Shown: positions 1 through 10,129 of the stretch, piece by piece
Layout of the letters: each line of letters starts with the position of its first letter
How positions within the stretch are numbered: the stretch's first letter is position 1
Origin: Albidovulum sp.
Lineage (GTDB): Bacteria; Pseudomonadota; Alphaproteobacteria; Rhodobacterales; Rhodobacteraceae
Assembly: GCA_037046705.1 (NCBI GenBank)
Contig: JBAOHB010000014.1
Coordinates: 3,754-67,753, forward strand
Direction of reading: 5' to 3'
Length of the DNA stretch: 64,000 nucleotides
Program-made: the position numbers and the translations under genes
The notes under the pieces: generated by a model
What the model was told of the DNA's origin: nothing
The model's database searches: none
What the model saw: the letters and a program-made list of their open reading frames with translations, nothing else

Positions 1-2791
1 CGCCTCGGCAACATCGACGCCCGCCCGTCGCAGCTCGCCGATGACCTCCGCGACCAGGGATCGAGCGGGCCTGCGGGGCTTGGTCGGCCGGGCGGAGCGT
101 CGGACCGGGCGACATACTCGGCGAGCACAGAGCCTGGCTCGGGCTCGTAGGACAGTTGGAGCACGAGGCGGCGACACGCCCGGGTCAAGAGCACTGCGAG
201 CAGATGGGAGTCCTCTGCGAATCGTCGGGCAGCACGGTCGGCCTCGCCGATTCCCAGCGAGCAGATGATCACATCACGCTCGTTGCCCTGCATGCCCGTG
301 CGCTGTTCCGATGCGCAGGTCGAGGTCGAGGATCGCGCTTGTCGGCAGCGATGCGAGGACTCGGGCCTCGATCTCGTCCGCTTGTGTGCGGAACGGCAAC
401 ACCACGCCGACGCTCGGCGCGCCCGAGGTGTGCAGACGGCGAAGTTCGGTGAGCACGAGGTCAACCTCGGCCCCGAGGACGTTGTGCATCGCCACGCGGA
501 CGAAACGGTGCGTTCGACGCGGACGCAGTCGGACGACTCCGTCGAGAGAGGAGATCGTGTCGCAACGGTGAGCTCGCCCGGATCCAGCGCGCACGGCGAC
601 CACGTCGATCAGGTCGAGGATCACATCGGTGGTGCTCGTCCAGGAGCGACACCACGGCGGCTGCGGCCGCCACGTCGAACACGCTGTTGCGACGCACGTC
701 GAGCTGGGCTCCGGTCGTGGTGCCCAGCAATCCATGAGCGTCGAGCACTAGTTCGGTGACACCGACGGCGACGAACGACACGTGCCGCAGCTGACGGGGG
801 TCGCCGGCGACGATCGCCCTCCACGCGGAGCAGAGCCGGCGCTGCCAGCACTTGCTCCGTGGATGACGCCTCGTCGATCACGACGAGATCGAACAAGGCG
901 GCGGTCGGCGGGAGCAGGTCGTCGACGTCGCCGAGCGTGCCGATCCACAGCGGCAACGCTTCGATGAGGTGGTCGCCGGCGATGCGCTCGAGCTGCACCC
1001 GCCGGGCCTCGCGGCCCGATCGCAGCACAGTAGCGAGCGCGCCGATGGCGGCGATTCCGGCTCGGTCCAGGCGCGTTCGAGACCTCGAGTCGAGGGCGAG
1101 CCACGAGCCGAAGAGTCACGCGTACCCGTGCCTCTGCTGCCTCCAGCTCCGCGTAGTCGGCCACGGTGACATCGACGGCGGCGTCCGAACCCATCGCCTC
1201 GCAGAACGCCAGCGCTCGGCGGACCCGGTCTGGCCCGAGCTCACGTTTCGCGCCGAGTTCGCTCGTCAGACGTCGCAGCCGACCAGACGCACACCGACGC
1301 GGCCACCACCACCTGTGCAGATCACGTTCGATCGCATCGAGCGAGGCGGCAGTTTCGCCGGATCCTGGCGGCTGCGACCGTTGAACAGGCCGGGGAACTC
1401 GGCACGAAGGCGTGCGGTCTCTGCTGACCGGTCGAGTCGGCCGAGCTCGACCTCGAGGGTCGCGAGCAGTGCGTCACGCAGGTGGTCCCGCTCTGCGATC
1501 AGCGAGCGAGCAGCGTGGCGGCGTCAACGAGCTGCTGCGGTCGGGTGGGGTCGAGCTGCCCGGCCGCGAGCCGCTCCGCGAGCCGTTCACGGCGCTCGTT
1601 GCTGCCGAACACCACCGGGGCCGGTCCGGGTTGGCGCTCGAACAGATCAATCGAGCACGTCGACGGCAGCGTCAGTCTTCGCCGTCACCAGCACGGTCTC
1701 ACCTCGCCGCAGCGCATCGCTCACCGCAGCCGCGATCGTGTGCGACTTGCCGGTACCGGGAGCGCCGGTGACGACGGTAAGCGGAGCGGTGCGGGCCCGC
1801 TGGACGGCAGCTCGCTGCGCAGCGTTCAGTGGCAGCGTCGTCTCCAGCGGAATGAGCCGGACCGTCTCGGCGACGGGCTCGGGCGTCGGTCCGCGTAGAC
1901 GGTGTGAAACGCCGTCTGCCGGTCGATGCGCTGCGTCGCCCACGTCCGCAGCGTGTTGCCACACGTGATCGTCTCAGTCTTCTCCGTCGCGTACAAGGCG
2001 ACGCCGACGACGATCCGCAGCCCGTCGTGGCGAATGAGTCGTTCCGGCTCGGTCGGCTCCAGGACGAACTCGTGCGCCGACAACCCGGCTGCAGCGGCGA
2101 GCTCCTTCGCGAAGCGCTGGATCCCCGTCAATCGGGCGAACAACGCAGGGTCGATCTGATCGAGGCGGCCGAGCATGCCCCAGCCCCACTCGGGAGCTTC
2201 GGGCAACGTCCGGGCCACGTCGGGACCGATGAGCGGTGAGCGCTCGAGGTCTCCTGATGCCCTGACCGTCGCGGTGCGAGTGAGGACGTTCGTGCCGTCG
2301 AGCGAGATCCGAACGGATCGTGACAGCAGCGGATGCAGCACCTTGCGCCGCCGGAGCAGACCGGTGGCGTCGGGCAGCTCGGTCGTGCCGGCGACCCACA
2401 GGAATCCGATCCGCATCGGCGAGCCCGAGCGCACCTGCTGCACCGCCATCAGCCGTTCGCCGAGGTTCCGCGGGATCCGGGTGGCCGCCATGGGAACCGC
2501 GACCTGCTTCGGCGGCAGGGCGGCCACGTGGTTCGGGGCGGCAGGCGGTGGCTCGACCCACGCCGGTGGATCTGGCTGGCCGAGCGGCATCACCGGGAGC
2601 GGCATCGGACGCTGTCCCGCGGGCGAGGCCGGGGAACTCGGCGGGTAGACGAAACTGACTCGCACGCTGGTGTCGAGCAGATCCCAGCCCGTCAGGGAGC
2701 CAGGTGAACCAGTCGAGCGGGACGGTGAGCGACTCGGTGGTACTGCCCGCCTTCGGGGTGAGGTGGGCAGACCACGAGGAGCACAGCCCAC
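1..2791 (-). pseudogene. Superfamily-1 helicase (AAA_11/AAA_12, Upf1/DNA2-like), multiply frameshifted; 3' end runs off the window
   Basis: Minus-strand ORF pieces are consecutive parts of one helicase in different frames: 1826..2791; 1647..1964 (Walker A GAPGTGKSH); 621..1028 (Walker B VVIDEAS); 461..781; 274..735; and an unlisted frame reading GMQGNERDVIICSLG near 200-290. Confidence 0.6.
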
Positions 2792-2957
2792 GCCCGATCT
2801 GCGTCGCCGTCAACCTGCACCGCCATCGCTGGCGACGCTAGCCGTCGAACCCGTCCGGTCGTGCTCCGCTCCAGGCATCCCTCCGGCCACCGGCCCGACC
2901 GATAGGCTCTCTCCACGTGCCGAGCGACCCCACTGCTTCGGTGCCCCACGCTACGAC

Positions 2958-3928
2958 GTGGTCGGCATCGGCAACGCCCTCGTCAACGTCATCTCGCATG
3001 CCGGCGACGACTTCATCGATCTCTACGACCTCGTGAAGGGCTCGATGACGCTCATCGACACCGAGCCCGCGGTCCTGCTCTACAAGGCGCTCGGCACCAC
3101 GGTCGAGATGAGCGGTGGGTCGGCGGCCAACACGGTCTGCGGTGTCGCGAGCCTCGGTGGGAGGGCGGCCTACATCGGCAAGGTGAGCGCCGACGACCTC
3201 GGCGACGTGTTCGGCCACGACCTGCGCGCCGTCGGCGTGCAGTTCCGCCCGGGGGAGCCCGACGGTGAGACGCCGACCGGTCGTTGCATCATCGTGGTCA
3301 CCCCCGACGCGCAACGCACGATGAACACCTACCTCGGCGTGTCCTCGCTCCTCTGCCCGACCGACATCGACGACCAGACCGTCGCGGCCGGCGCGGTGCT
3401 GTACATGGAGGGCTACCTCTACGACCGCGCCGAGGCCAAGGAGGCCTTCCGCCGTGCAGCCCGGGTGGCCCACCAGCACGGCCGGCTCGTGTCGCTGACG
3501 CTGAGCGACTCGTTCTGCGTCGACCGGCACCGCACCGACTTCCGTGCGCTCGTCACCGACGAGGTCGACATCCTGTTCGGCAACGAGTCGGAGCTGCTGT
3601 CGCTGTACGAGGTGGAGACCCTCGCCGACGCGATCCATCGTGTCCGCGAGGACTGCCACCTCGCGGTCATCACGATCGGCGCCGACGGGTGCATGATCGT
3701 CAGTCGCGACGAGGTGATCCAGGTCGATGCCGAGCCGGTCGAACGGGTGCTCGACACCACGGGTGCCGGCGATCTCTTCGCCGCCGGTTTCCTCTACGGT
3801 TACACGCGGCAGCTGTCCTACACCGACTGCGCGTGCGCATCGGTGCGATCGCTGCCGCCGAGGTCATCTCCCACGTCGGCCCCCGGCCGCTCGTGGAGCT
3901 GCGCACCTTGCTGCCCGAGCGGCTCTGA
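2958..3928 (+). CDS. pfkB-family sugar/adenosine kinase, frameshifted near 3835; start uncertain
   Basis: YDVVGIGNALVNVI N-terminus and TTGAGDLFAAGFLYG motif in ORF 2670..4178. The C-terminus RIGAIAAAEVISHVGPRP continues in the frame of ORF 3284..3928. No clean start lies directly upstream of RYDVV; GTG 2958 is the nearest in-frame start. Confidence 0.7.
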
Positions 3929-3994
3929 ACTGCGGGCGCCGGCCGTCACGGTCCGTCATCACCGAACGTCATCACTCTCCCCCGAGGAGCGACC

Positions 3995-5584
3995 ATGTCT
4001 GATCACCGCGAGATCGCCCAGCGCTGGCTGGGCGCGGAGCCCGACGAGGACATGCGTGCCGAGCTGCGCACGCTGCTGGAGGGATCCGCCGCCGACCTCG
4101 CGCAGCGGTTCACCGGGCGGCTGCAGTTCGGTACTGCCGGCCTGCGCGCGGCGGTCGGTGCAGGGCCCCAGCGGATGAACCGCCTCGTCGTCCGTCAGGC
4201 GGCCGCAGGCCTCGCCGAGTACCTGCTCCGCGAGGTGCCCGGTGCCGTCGAGCACGGCGTGATCATCGGCTTCGACGCCCGCCGCAAGAGCGACGTGTTC
4301 GCGATCGACACGGCGCGCGTGTTCGCCGCTCGGGGCATCCGCGCCCGCGTGTTCGAGCACGTGGTGCCGACACCGGTGCTCGCATGGAACATCACCGGCA
4401 CCGCCTCCGCGGCCGGCGTGGTGGTGACCGCGAGCCACAACCCGCCCGCCGACAACGGGTACAAGGTGTACCTCGGCACGGGATCGCAGATCGTGCCGCC
4501 GGCCGACATCGACATCGCCGCGGCGATCGACGGCTTCGACGCCTGCACGGTCGAGCTCGCGGCCGAGGACGACCCGCTGATCGAGCGGCTCGACCACACG
4601 CTCGTCGATGCGTACCTCGACTCGGTCGCCGGCGTGCGTCTCGTGCCGGGCATCAGCGGCCGCCCGGTCGCGTACACGGCGATGCACGGCGTCGGTGGTG
4701 CGGTGCTCCTCGCCGCGTTCGAGCGGGCCGGTCTCGCCCCGCCGCACGTGGTGCCCGAGCAGCAGCAGCCCGACGGCACGTTCCCGACCGTGAGCTTCCC
4801 GAACCCGGAGGAGCCGGGTGCGATGGACAAGGTGATCGCGATCGCGACCGCGAACGACTGCACCGTGGCGATCGCCAACGACCCCGATGCCGATCGCCTC
4901 GGCGCGGCGATCCCCACCCGCGCCGGGAGCTGGCGGCGGCTGACCGGCGACGAACTCGGCTGGCTGCTCGCCGACCACGTCCTCGAGCACACGACCGGCG
5001 ACGATCGGCTGGTCGTCACGACGCTCGTGTCGTCGTCGTTGCTCGGTCGGATGGCTGCGCACCACGGCATCCACTCAGCCGAGACCTACACGGGCTTCAA
5101 GTGGATCGGGCACACGGTGCTCGAACGGCCGCACCTGCGCTTCGTGTTCGGGTACGAGCAGGCGCTCGGCTACCTCGTCACCGATCGCCCGCTCGACAAG
5201 GACGGCATCACTGCGGCCGTGCTCCTCGCCGAGATCGCAGCGCTCACCGAGCGCGACGGTGTGACGATCGAGGACCGCCTCGACGCCATCGCCACCAAGT
5301 ACGGGCGGCACATCACGGGCGACCTGTCGATCCGCATGACACCGGACGAGGCCGCGGCGGCCGTCGACGGCCTTCGCGCCGAGCCGCCGGCCGAGATCGG
5401 TGGGAAGACGGTCACAGCGACGGCATGGTTCGCCGAGGCCGGCCTGCTGCGCTTCGAGCTGGGTGACGACCTGCGTCTGCAGATCCGCCCGAGCGGCACC
5501 GAACCGAAGGTCAAGCTGTACGCCGAGGGCATCGAGCTCGACCCCACGCCGTACCTGCAGGCCCTGGCTGCGCTCCTCGGCTGA
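3995..5584 (+). CDS. Phospho-sugar mutase (phosphomannomutase/phosphoglucomutase family)
   Basis: Intact 529-aa ORF. Active-site loop TASHNPPADNGYKVY and metal-binding DPDADR. Confidence 0.85.
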   Translation: MSDHREIAQRWLGAEPDEDMRAELRTLLEGSAADLAQRFTGRLQFGTAGLRAAVGAGPQRMNRLVVRQAAAGLAEYLLREVPGAVEHGVIIGFDARRKSDVFAIDTARVFAARGIRARVFEHVVPTPVLAWNITGTASAAGVVVTASHNPPADNGYKVYLGTGSQIVPPADIDIAAAIDGFDACTVELAAEDDPLIERLDHTLVDAYLDSVAGVRLVPGISGRPVAYTAMHGVGGAVLLAAFERAGLAPPHVVPEQQQPDGTFPTVSFPNPEEPGAMDKVIAIATANDCTVAIANDPDADRLGAAIPTRAGSWRRLTGDELGWLLADHVLEHTTGDDRLVVTTLVSSSLLGRMAAHHGIHSAETYTGFKWIGHTVLERPHLRFVFGYEQALGYLVTDRPLDKDGITAAVLLAEIAALTERDGVTIEDRLDAIATKYGRHITGDLSIRMTPDEAAAAVDGLRAEPPAEIGGKTVTATAWFAEAGLLRFELGDDLRLQIRPSGTEPKVKLYAEGIELDPTPYLQALAALLG

Positions 5585-5616
5585 CGCGGCTGCGGGAGCC
5601 CGACGCCGCGAGCGGC

Positions 5617-6530
5617 TCAGGTCTGGCGGGGGAGGAGCGGCGGGGCGCATCCTCGAGGTGGGCAACCCACGCGTCGGGTGTCGCGGGCTCGACGAGCGGG
5701 AGCACCACGAATTTCGAGGTGCCGACCACGACGAACCGGTCGATGAGCGCGAGGAGCGCATCCCACCCACGGGGCACGAGCTCGGACGGGTCGGCGAGGT
5801 CGGGCCGCCGTTTCGGCCAGCCCGGCCAGCAGGGCCTCGGGGACCACATCGTCGGCGCCGACGTAGGGGATGAGCGCGCCGTAGTGATCGGGCTCGATCG
5901 AGCGGCCGTGCTCGGCGAGCCCGGCCTCGATCACCTCACGCCCACGTGCGGCGTCGTCGGGCGTGACGAAGCTCGGCAGCCAGCCATCGCTCAGCCGGGC
6001 CACGCGCCTCAGCTCGAACGGCGCGATGCCGCCGAGCCACACATCGAGGTGCTCCTGCCGGGGCGTCGGCAGCACGCGCAGGTCGTCGTACTGGTACCGG
6101 GCACCATGGTGGTTGACCGGCTTCCCGCTGCCAGCACACACGCGTAGCACCGCCATCGACTCGTCGAACCACGCCGCCCGCTCGGTGCGTGCGACACCGA
6201 AGGCCTGCTGCTCGTGCGGGTCGGCGACACCGAGCCCGAACGCGGGCGACAGCCGTCCGTTCGACAGGCGGTCGAGCGTGGCGAGCTCCTTTGCGAGCAC
6301 CACCGGGTTGCGGCCCGGCAGCACCATCACGCTCATGCCGAACTTGAGCCTGGTCGTGCGGCCCGCGGCGAACGACATGGCGACCAGCGGATCGGGCGCC
6401 TCGCCGCCGAGCCGCTCGCTAGCCAGAGGCTGTCGAACCGGAGCCGCTCCAACGTGTCGACGACCGTGCCGAAGCCGCCGTCGTTGAGCTTCGTGCGGAC
6501 ACCGAAGCCGTACCCGATGCGGACCTTCAC
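5617..6530 (-). pseudogene. Luciferase-like (LLM class) flavin/F420-dependent oxidoreductase with about 3 frame changes
   Basis: N-terminus VKVRIGYGFGVRTKLNDGGFGTVVDTLERLRFDSLWL lies at the end of ORF 6333..6983. The core TTRLKFGMSVMVLPGRNPVVLAKELATLDRLSNGRL is in ORF 5617..6378. A C-terminal piece KRRPDLADPSELVPRGWDALLALIDRFVVVGTSKFVV is in ORF 5511..5849. Confidence 0.65.
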
Positions 6531-6760
6531 GCGCCGGTGGCCGAGCTGCGAGCGGCCACGTCCACGATGAGATCGGCGGTCGCGCCGACGGCCGACACGA
6601 ACGGCGAGTGGTCGGTGTCGAGCGTGATCACCGCGTCGCACCGCTCGGACATGGCCCGCTGGTGGACCGGGTGGATCGCGCGGTCTTCGGTGCACACCAC
6701 GTACGTGGAGGCGATCCACGGTCGCGGGCATCCGGTGGTCTCCTGCGTGCGCATGCGACC
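6527..6760 (-). pseudogene. alpha/beta-hydrolase C-terminal fragment (5' part missing)
   Basis: ORF 6527..6754: STYVVCTEDRAIHPVHQRAMSERCDAVITLDTDHSPFVS is a typical hydrolase C-terminus with the catalytic His. No N-terminal half lies upstream. Confidence 0.5.
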
Positions 6761-6771
6761 GTAGAGCCGCG

Positions 6772-6993
6772 GAGGACCGCCCCTTCGGTGGCCGAGGTGA
6801 TGCGCAGCGTGTCGAGCCGCGCGCCCTCGATGCGCTGGGTGGGCGCCAGCGACGAGATGATCCAGTTGTCGACGACCGAGCCGATGCTGGAGCCGATGAA
6901 CCCGCCGATGGTCGCGGCGCTGACGCCGAGGATCGCACCGCCGATCGAACCGCCGATGGCGGCGCCGGCGACGCCGAGGACAAGCGTTGCCAT
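6772..6993 (-). pseudogene. First ~74 codons of an RcGTA g15-like tail host-specificity protein (3' truncated)
   Basis: MATLVLGVAGAAIGGSIGGAILGVSAATIGGFIGSSIGSVVDNWIISSLAPTQRIEGARLDTLRITSATEGAVL, then the similarity stops and the frame reads through unrelated sequence. Confidence 0.6.
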
Positions 6994-7002
6994 GGTCGGG
7001 TC

Positions 7003-7437
7003 TCAGCGTTGCGGAAACAGGAAGGCGAAGGCGATGCGCCGCCGCCAGCTTTGAGTTAGCGGTTCCTCGATCACGCCGAGCCGCTCATAGGCGTGGAGGA
7101 AGCTGTCGGGACAGGTCAGGATCCCGACATGCTTCGCGATGGCGCGGGGCTTCATGCGGAAGAGGACCAGCGCGCCGGGACCGGCCGCCGCGGGTTCCAC
7201 TTCGATCATCATGCGCCGCGCGCCCTCTGCCAGAACCTCGCGCAGACCGGTCTCGCCCCAGTCGCGGCTGTAGGGTGGGATCGGGAACGGCTCGGGGCCG
7301 ACGATCTCGCGCCAGACGCCCCGCGCCAGCCCGAGGCAGTCGCAGCCGACGCCGCGCAGGCTAGCCTGGTCGTGATACGGCGTGCCGAGCCATGAGCGCG
7401 CAATGGCAATGACGCGCTCGGGATTGCCGGAGGTCAC
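7003..7437 (-). CDS. Phage cell-wall peptidase, NlpC/P60 family (RcGTA g14-like)
   Basis: 144-aa ORF. Has GTPYHDQASLRGVGCDCLGLARGVW (catalytic Cys) and AKHVGIL (His). Confidence 0.85.
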   Translation of the reverse strand: MTSGNPERVIAIARSWLGTPYHDQASLRGVGCDCLGLARGVWREIVGPEPFPIPPYSRDWGETGLREVLAEGARRMMIEVEPAAAGPGALVLFRMKPRAIAKHVGILTCPDSFLHAYERLGVIEEPLTQSWRRRIAFAFLFPQR

Positions 7438-8315
7438 AGCACGCTACCCTCGTGGCCGCCATCCTTGGTGGCGTAGCGGAGGACCGCGTCCTGACCGGGG
7501 ATGTGCGGGAAGCCGCAGAAGTTTGCGCTGTTCGCGAACTTCGCCCCGCAGGTCTCCATCCGCTTGTCACAGCCCGCACGGATGATGAAGGCGTCGTCCT
7601 CGGCGATCGCGCGCACGGGCGCTTCGAGCAGCGTCAGCACAGCAATGCCGTCCGTGACGTCATGGCCCAGCACTTCGGTGCGCCGCCCCGCGTTCGCGCC
7701 GCTGGTCCATTCGAGCGTCCCGAAGGTGAACCAGCCCGCCTCGAAGCCGGAGAGACCGAAGCGGTGAAGGCCCTGTCGCGCAGGAGATCGATGGTGGCGC
7801 CGGTGCCCCTGTAGGCCGGGTCCTCCAGATCGACGCCGCAGCGCGCATCGCCGAGAGCGGCGTCGCAGGTCGCCTGGAAGGTCCGTCCGACTGTCTGGCC
7901 CAGCACATGGGCGAGCGAGCGGACCTCAGCGACGAACGCTAGGCGCCCGCGCCGGATCTGCCCGATGGCCCCGCGCCGCATCAGCACGCGCTGGCCGGTG
8001 TCGGCCCAGTTCACGCGCCAGACCTCGACCTCGGCGTTGTCCCAGCGGCCGTCGAGAATGTCGGTCGGTGATCCGATCCGAGGTCAGCACGCCCTCGGCG
8101 TCCTGCGCATCGACGGAAAGGTCGGAGCCCGAGCGCACCTCGGACGCCGTCAGCCCGCTCTCGGGGTCGAAGTCCGTGCCGTCGAAGCGCAAGACCTGGT
8201 CGTGGTCGGTGAACCCGAAGGTGACGCCATCGGCACGGGTGATGCGCCAGCACCAGGCCAGCGTCGTGGTACCCTCGTCGAGATGGGTCTGAAGGTCGGG
8301 CGAGAGGGATTTCAT
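7434..8315 (-). CDS. DUF2163/BR0599-type tail hub protein (RcGTA g13-like), two frame breaks
   Basis: N-terminus is in ORF 7926..8315 (TTLAWCWRITRADGVTFGFTDHD), the middle in 7634..8014, and the C-terminus in 7434..7673 (CDKRMETCGAKFANSANFCGFPHIPGQD). Confidence 0.8.
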
Positions 8316-8500
8316 CGGCAGGTTCCCGTCATGCGGTCGTCGAGATCGGCGATCCAGTTCGCCCAGTGCGGCGGAACGGCGGCGACCATCTCGGCGGGTG
8401 GTCGGGCGAGCCGGGCCTCGGCGTAGGAGGCGCAGCCAGCGTCACCAGCGCCCATCGTTGCGGCGCAGCCGGTCAGCAGGATTACCGGCAGCGCGGCCAT
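8312..8500 (-). CDS. Putative o-spanin (Rz1-like lipoprotein)
   Basis: Internal ATG at 8498-8500 gives MAALPVILLTGCAATMG with an L-T-G-C lipobox. Its stop overlaps the DUF2163 start (ATGA). It overlaps the 3' end of the i-spanin frame. Confidence 0.55.
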   Translation of the reverse strand: MAALPVILLTGCAATMGAGDAGCASYAEARLARPPAEMVAAVPPHWANWIADLDDRMTGTCR

Positions 8501-8671
8501 CGCGAACCGCGTCGCGCCCGCTCTCGACGCGCTTGCTCTCGTCTTCCATGGCATCGCGTTCGGCCTCCCGTTTGCCCGTTCGTTCTCCTTCCACGCGTCC
8601 CCAGACCCGGCCGAGGATGACACCCCGACGGCGCCCAGAGCCGCGACCAGCCAGATCAGGAACTCAGCCAT
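8442..8671 (-). CDS. Putative i-spanin (Rz-like), apparent 1-nt frame break near 8620
   Basis: MAEFLIWLVAALGAVG continues in the adjacent frame as VILGRVWGRVEGERTGKREAERDAMEDESKRVESGRDAVRDGRAAGNPADRLRRNDGRW (stop 8442-8444). This gives an N-terminal TM helix followed by a charged helix. Confidence 0.45.
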
Positions 8672-8765
8672 CGTCCCGCTCCCCGCGTGCGGCGGCGACG
8701 CAGAGGGCGACGATCAGCACGCCAAGGCAGCCGCCCACGACCAGACCTGCGAGAAACTCAAGCAT
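8667..8765 (-). CDS. Small (32-aa) membrane protein in the lysis cassette
   Basis: Hand translation: MLEFLAGLVVGGCLGVLIVALCVAAARGERDG. It has ATG..TGA overlaps with both neighbours. It is below the ORF-track size cutoff. Confidence 0.35.
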
Positions 8766-8988
8766 CGCCGCGGAACCCGCGCTCGATCCGGTCGCGCAGT
8801 CCGATCAGGCCAAGCCCGAGGAACATGAGGCCAGCGGGAGAGGCGTCGCCGCTGCCAGCAAGGAGAGCAACGAGGCGGGAAAGTTCTGCGAGCGGGCCGG
8901 TAGCGGGCAGCGCCAGGGAAGCGATGCCGGTGAGCATGGCGAGCAATCCTGCCCACCAGGTTAGCGAGGTTGGACGGATGTAGCGCAT
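8758..8988 (-). CDS. Two-TM membrane protein (holin/antiholin-like)
   Basis: MRYIRPTSLTWWAGLLAMLTGIASLALPATGPLAELSRLVALLAGSGDASPAGLMFLGLGLIGL. It lies directly after the endolysin gene. Confidence 0.5.
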   Translation of the reverse strand: MRYIRPTSLTWWAGLLAMLTGIASLALPATGPLAELSRLVALLAGSGDASPAGLMFLGLGLIGLRDRIERGFRGDA

Positions 8989-8993
8989 GGGGA

Positions 8994-9650
8994 TCAGGCC
9001 CTCCGGATCAGGGTGGAGACGAAGGCGGCCAGCCGTGCGAGCCAACCGGTCGGCGCGGTGGGTGAAGGCTCGCGGACCGGCGGCGTCGGCGACGGCCCGC
9101 GAGCCAAGGCCAGCGCCTCATCCTCGGTCAGGCGACGGATCGGTCGCGAGAAATCCACGCGGCCCGTGCGATCCACGGACCAGACCGGGATCGTGCCGCC
9201 GGGATAGCGGCCATGGCGGAACAGGTCGCGCTCGGCTTCCCGCCGCGGAATGATCGCCGCCGGGCGCCGCCAATTGAGAAACGCGTCGGCGGCTGCAACG
9301 CGATTGCCGGCATTGAGGTGCCGGGTGAGCGCGGCCTTCGCGATGCCGCCGGTATTATAGTGGAAGCTGACCAGCGCATCGAACTCGTGCGGCACCAATG
9401 GCACCTTCACGGCGCGCAGGACGGCGGCCTCATAGCGCGCGAGGTCGGCGCGGAAGACCCGGAACGCCTCGCGGATCCCGGCGTCGAGATCGGCGGGCAT
9501 GCCGCGCGGCATGGTGACGGGATCGGGCGGCCCGGCCGCGGCCGTGTGGCCGATGCCGAAGGTCCAGACCTGTTTCACATCGAGATAAGGTCCGGGCACG
9601 AGTCCTTCGTGCCGGACGAGGGCCAGCAGGCCCCGGTCGGTCATGTGCAT
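8994..9650 (-). CDS. Endolysin, GH24 (T4-lysozyme-like) muramidase
   Basis: E-x8-D-x5-T catalytic signature in LVRHEGLVPGPYLDVKQVWTFGIGHT. Also FDALVSFHYNTGG. Confidence 0.85.
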   Translation of the reverse strand: MHMTDRGLLALVRHEGLVPGPYLDVKQVWTFGIGHTAAAGPPDPVTMPRGMPADLDAGIREAFRVFRADLARYEAAVLRAVKVPLVPHEFDALVSFHYNTGGIAKAALTRHLNAGNRVAAADAFLNWRRPAAIIPRREAERDLFRHGRYPGGTIPVWSVDRTGRVDFSRPIRRLTEDEALALARGPSPTPPVREPSPTAPTGWLARLAAFVSTLIRRA

Positions 9651-9654
9651 GGGA

Positions 9655-9786
9655 TTACCTGAGGAGCGAGAGGATCAGGATCAGAGCCGCGACGGCGAGG
9701 CCGATGCGCAGGCGATGAGCAAAGGCCTGCCGGGGGTCGGCAGGGTCGCTGCGAAGGGAGCGCGCGAGGCGGAGAAGTTCATTCAT
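9655..9786 (-). CDS. Small (43-aa) C-terminally anchored membrane protein
   Basis: MNELLRLARSLRSDPADPRQAFAHRLRIGLAVAALILILSLLR. Its ATG overlaps the holin stop (ATGAATGA). Confidence 0.4.
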   Translation of the reverse strand: MNELLRLARSLRSDPADPRQAFAHRLRIGLAVAALILILSLLR

Positions 9787-10129
9787 CGCCGTCGCCCTGC
9801 TTGGCGCGGCGCAGCCGGGCGAGCAGCATCTCGATGAAGGCCGGCCCGAAGACCCCGACGAGATAGGCGGCGGACCCTGCAGCACCGCCTGCCGGGATCG
9901 CCTCGGGCGGCAGGCCCATCCAGGTCGTAATGACGGCCATGGAGAGGCTGCCCATCCCGGCCGCGATAAGCCCGCCGAGCAGGATGTGCCGGAGCGCATC
10001 CCGCAGCCGCATCTTCGTGGTCAATGCGTTCGTGGCGCCGCCGAGCGCGCCCCAGGCAGCGAGGATCACGGCGGTCGAGGCCGCAAGTTCGCGCAGCACG
10101 GCCGCAACGAAGCTGCCGGTGTCGTTCAT
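9779..10129 (-). CDS. Phage holin (multi-TM)
   Basis: 116-aa ORF with 3-4 hydrophobic segments and a charged C-terminus RRAKQGDGDE. It is the first gene of the lysis block. Confidence 0.65.
   Translation of the reverse strand: MNDTGSFVAAVLRELAASTAVILAAWGALGGATNALTTKMRLRDALRHILLGGLIAAGMGSLSMAVITTWMGLPPEAIPAGGAAGSAAYLVGVFGPAFIEMLLARLRRAKQGDGDE

Noticed and set aside
2670-2957. N-terminal extension of the pfkB ORF (ORF 2670..4178 starts 96 codons before the kinase homology)
   Set aside because: The extension is Arg/Pro-rich with no similarity to kinases and overlaps the divergent helicase 5' region. It is probably non-coding read-through of an open frame.
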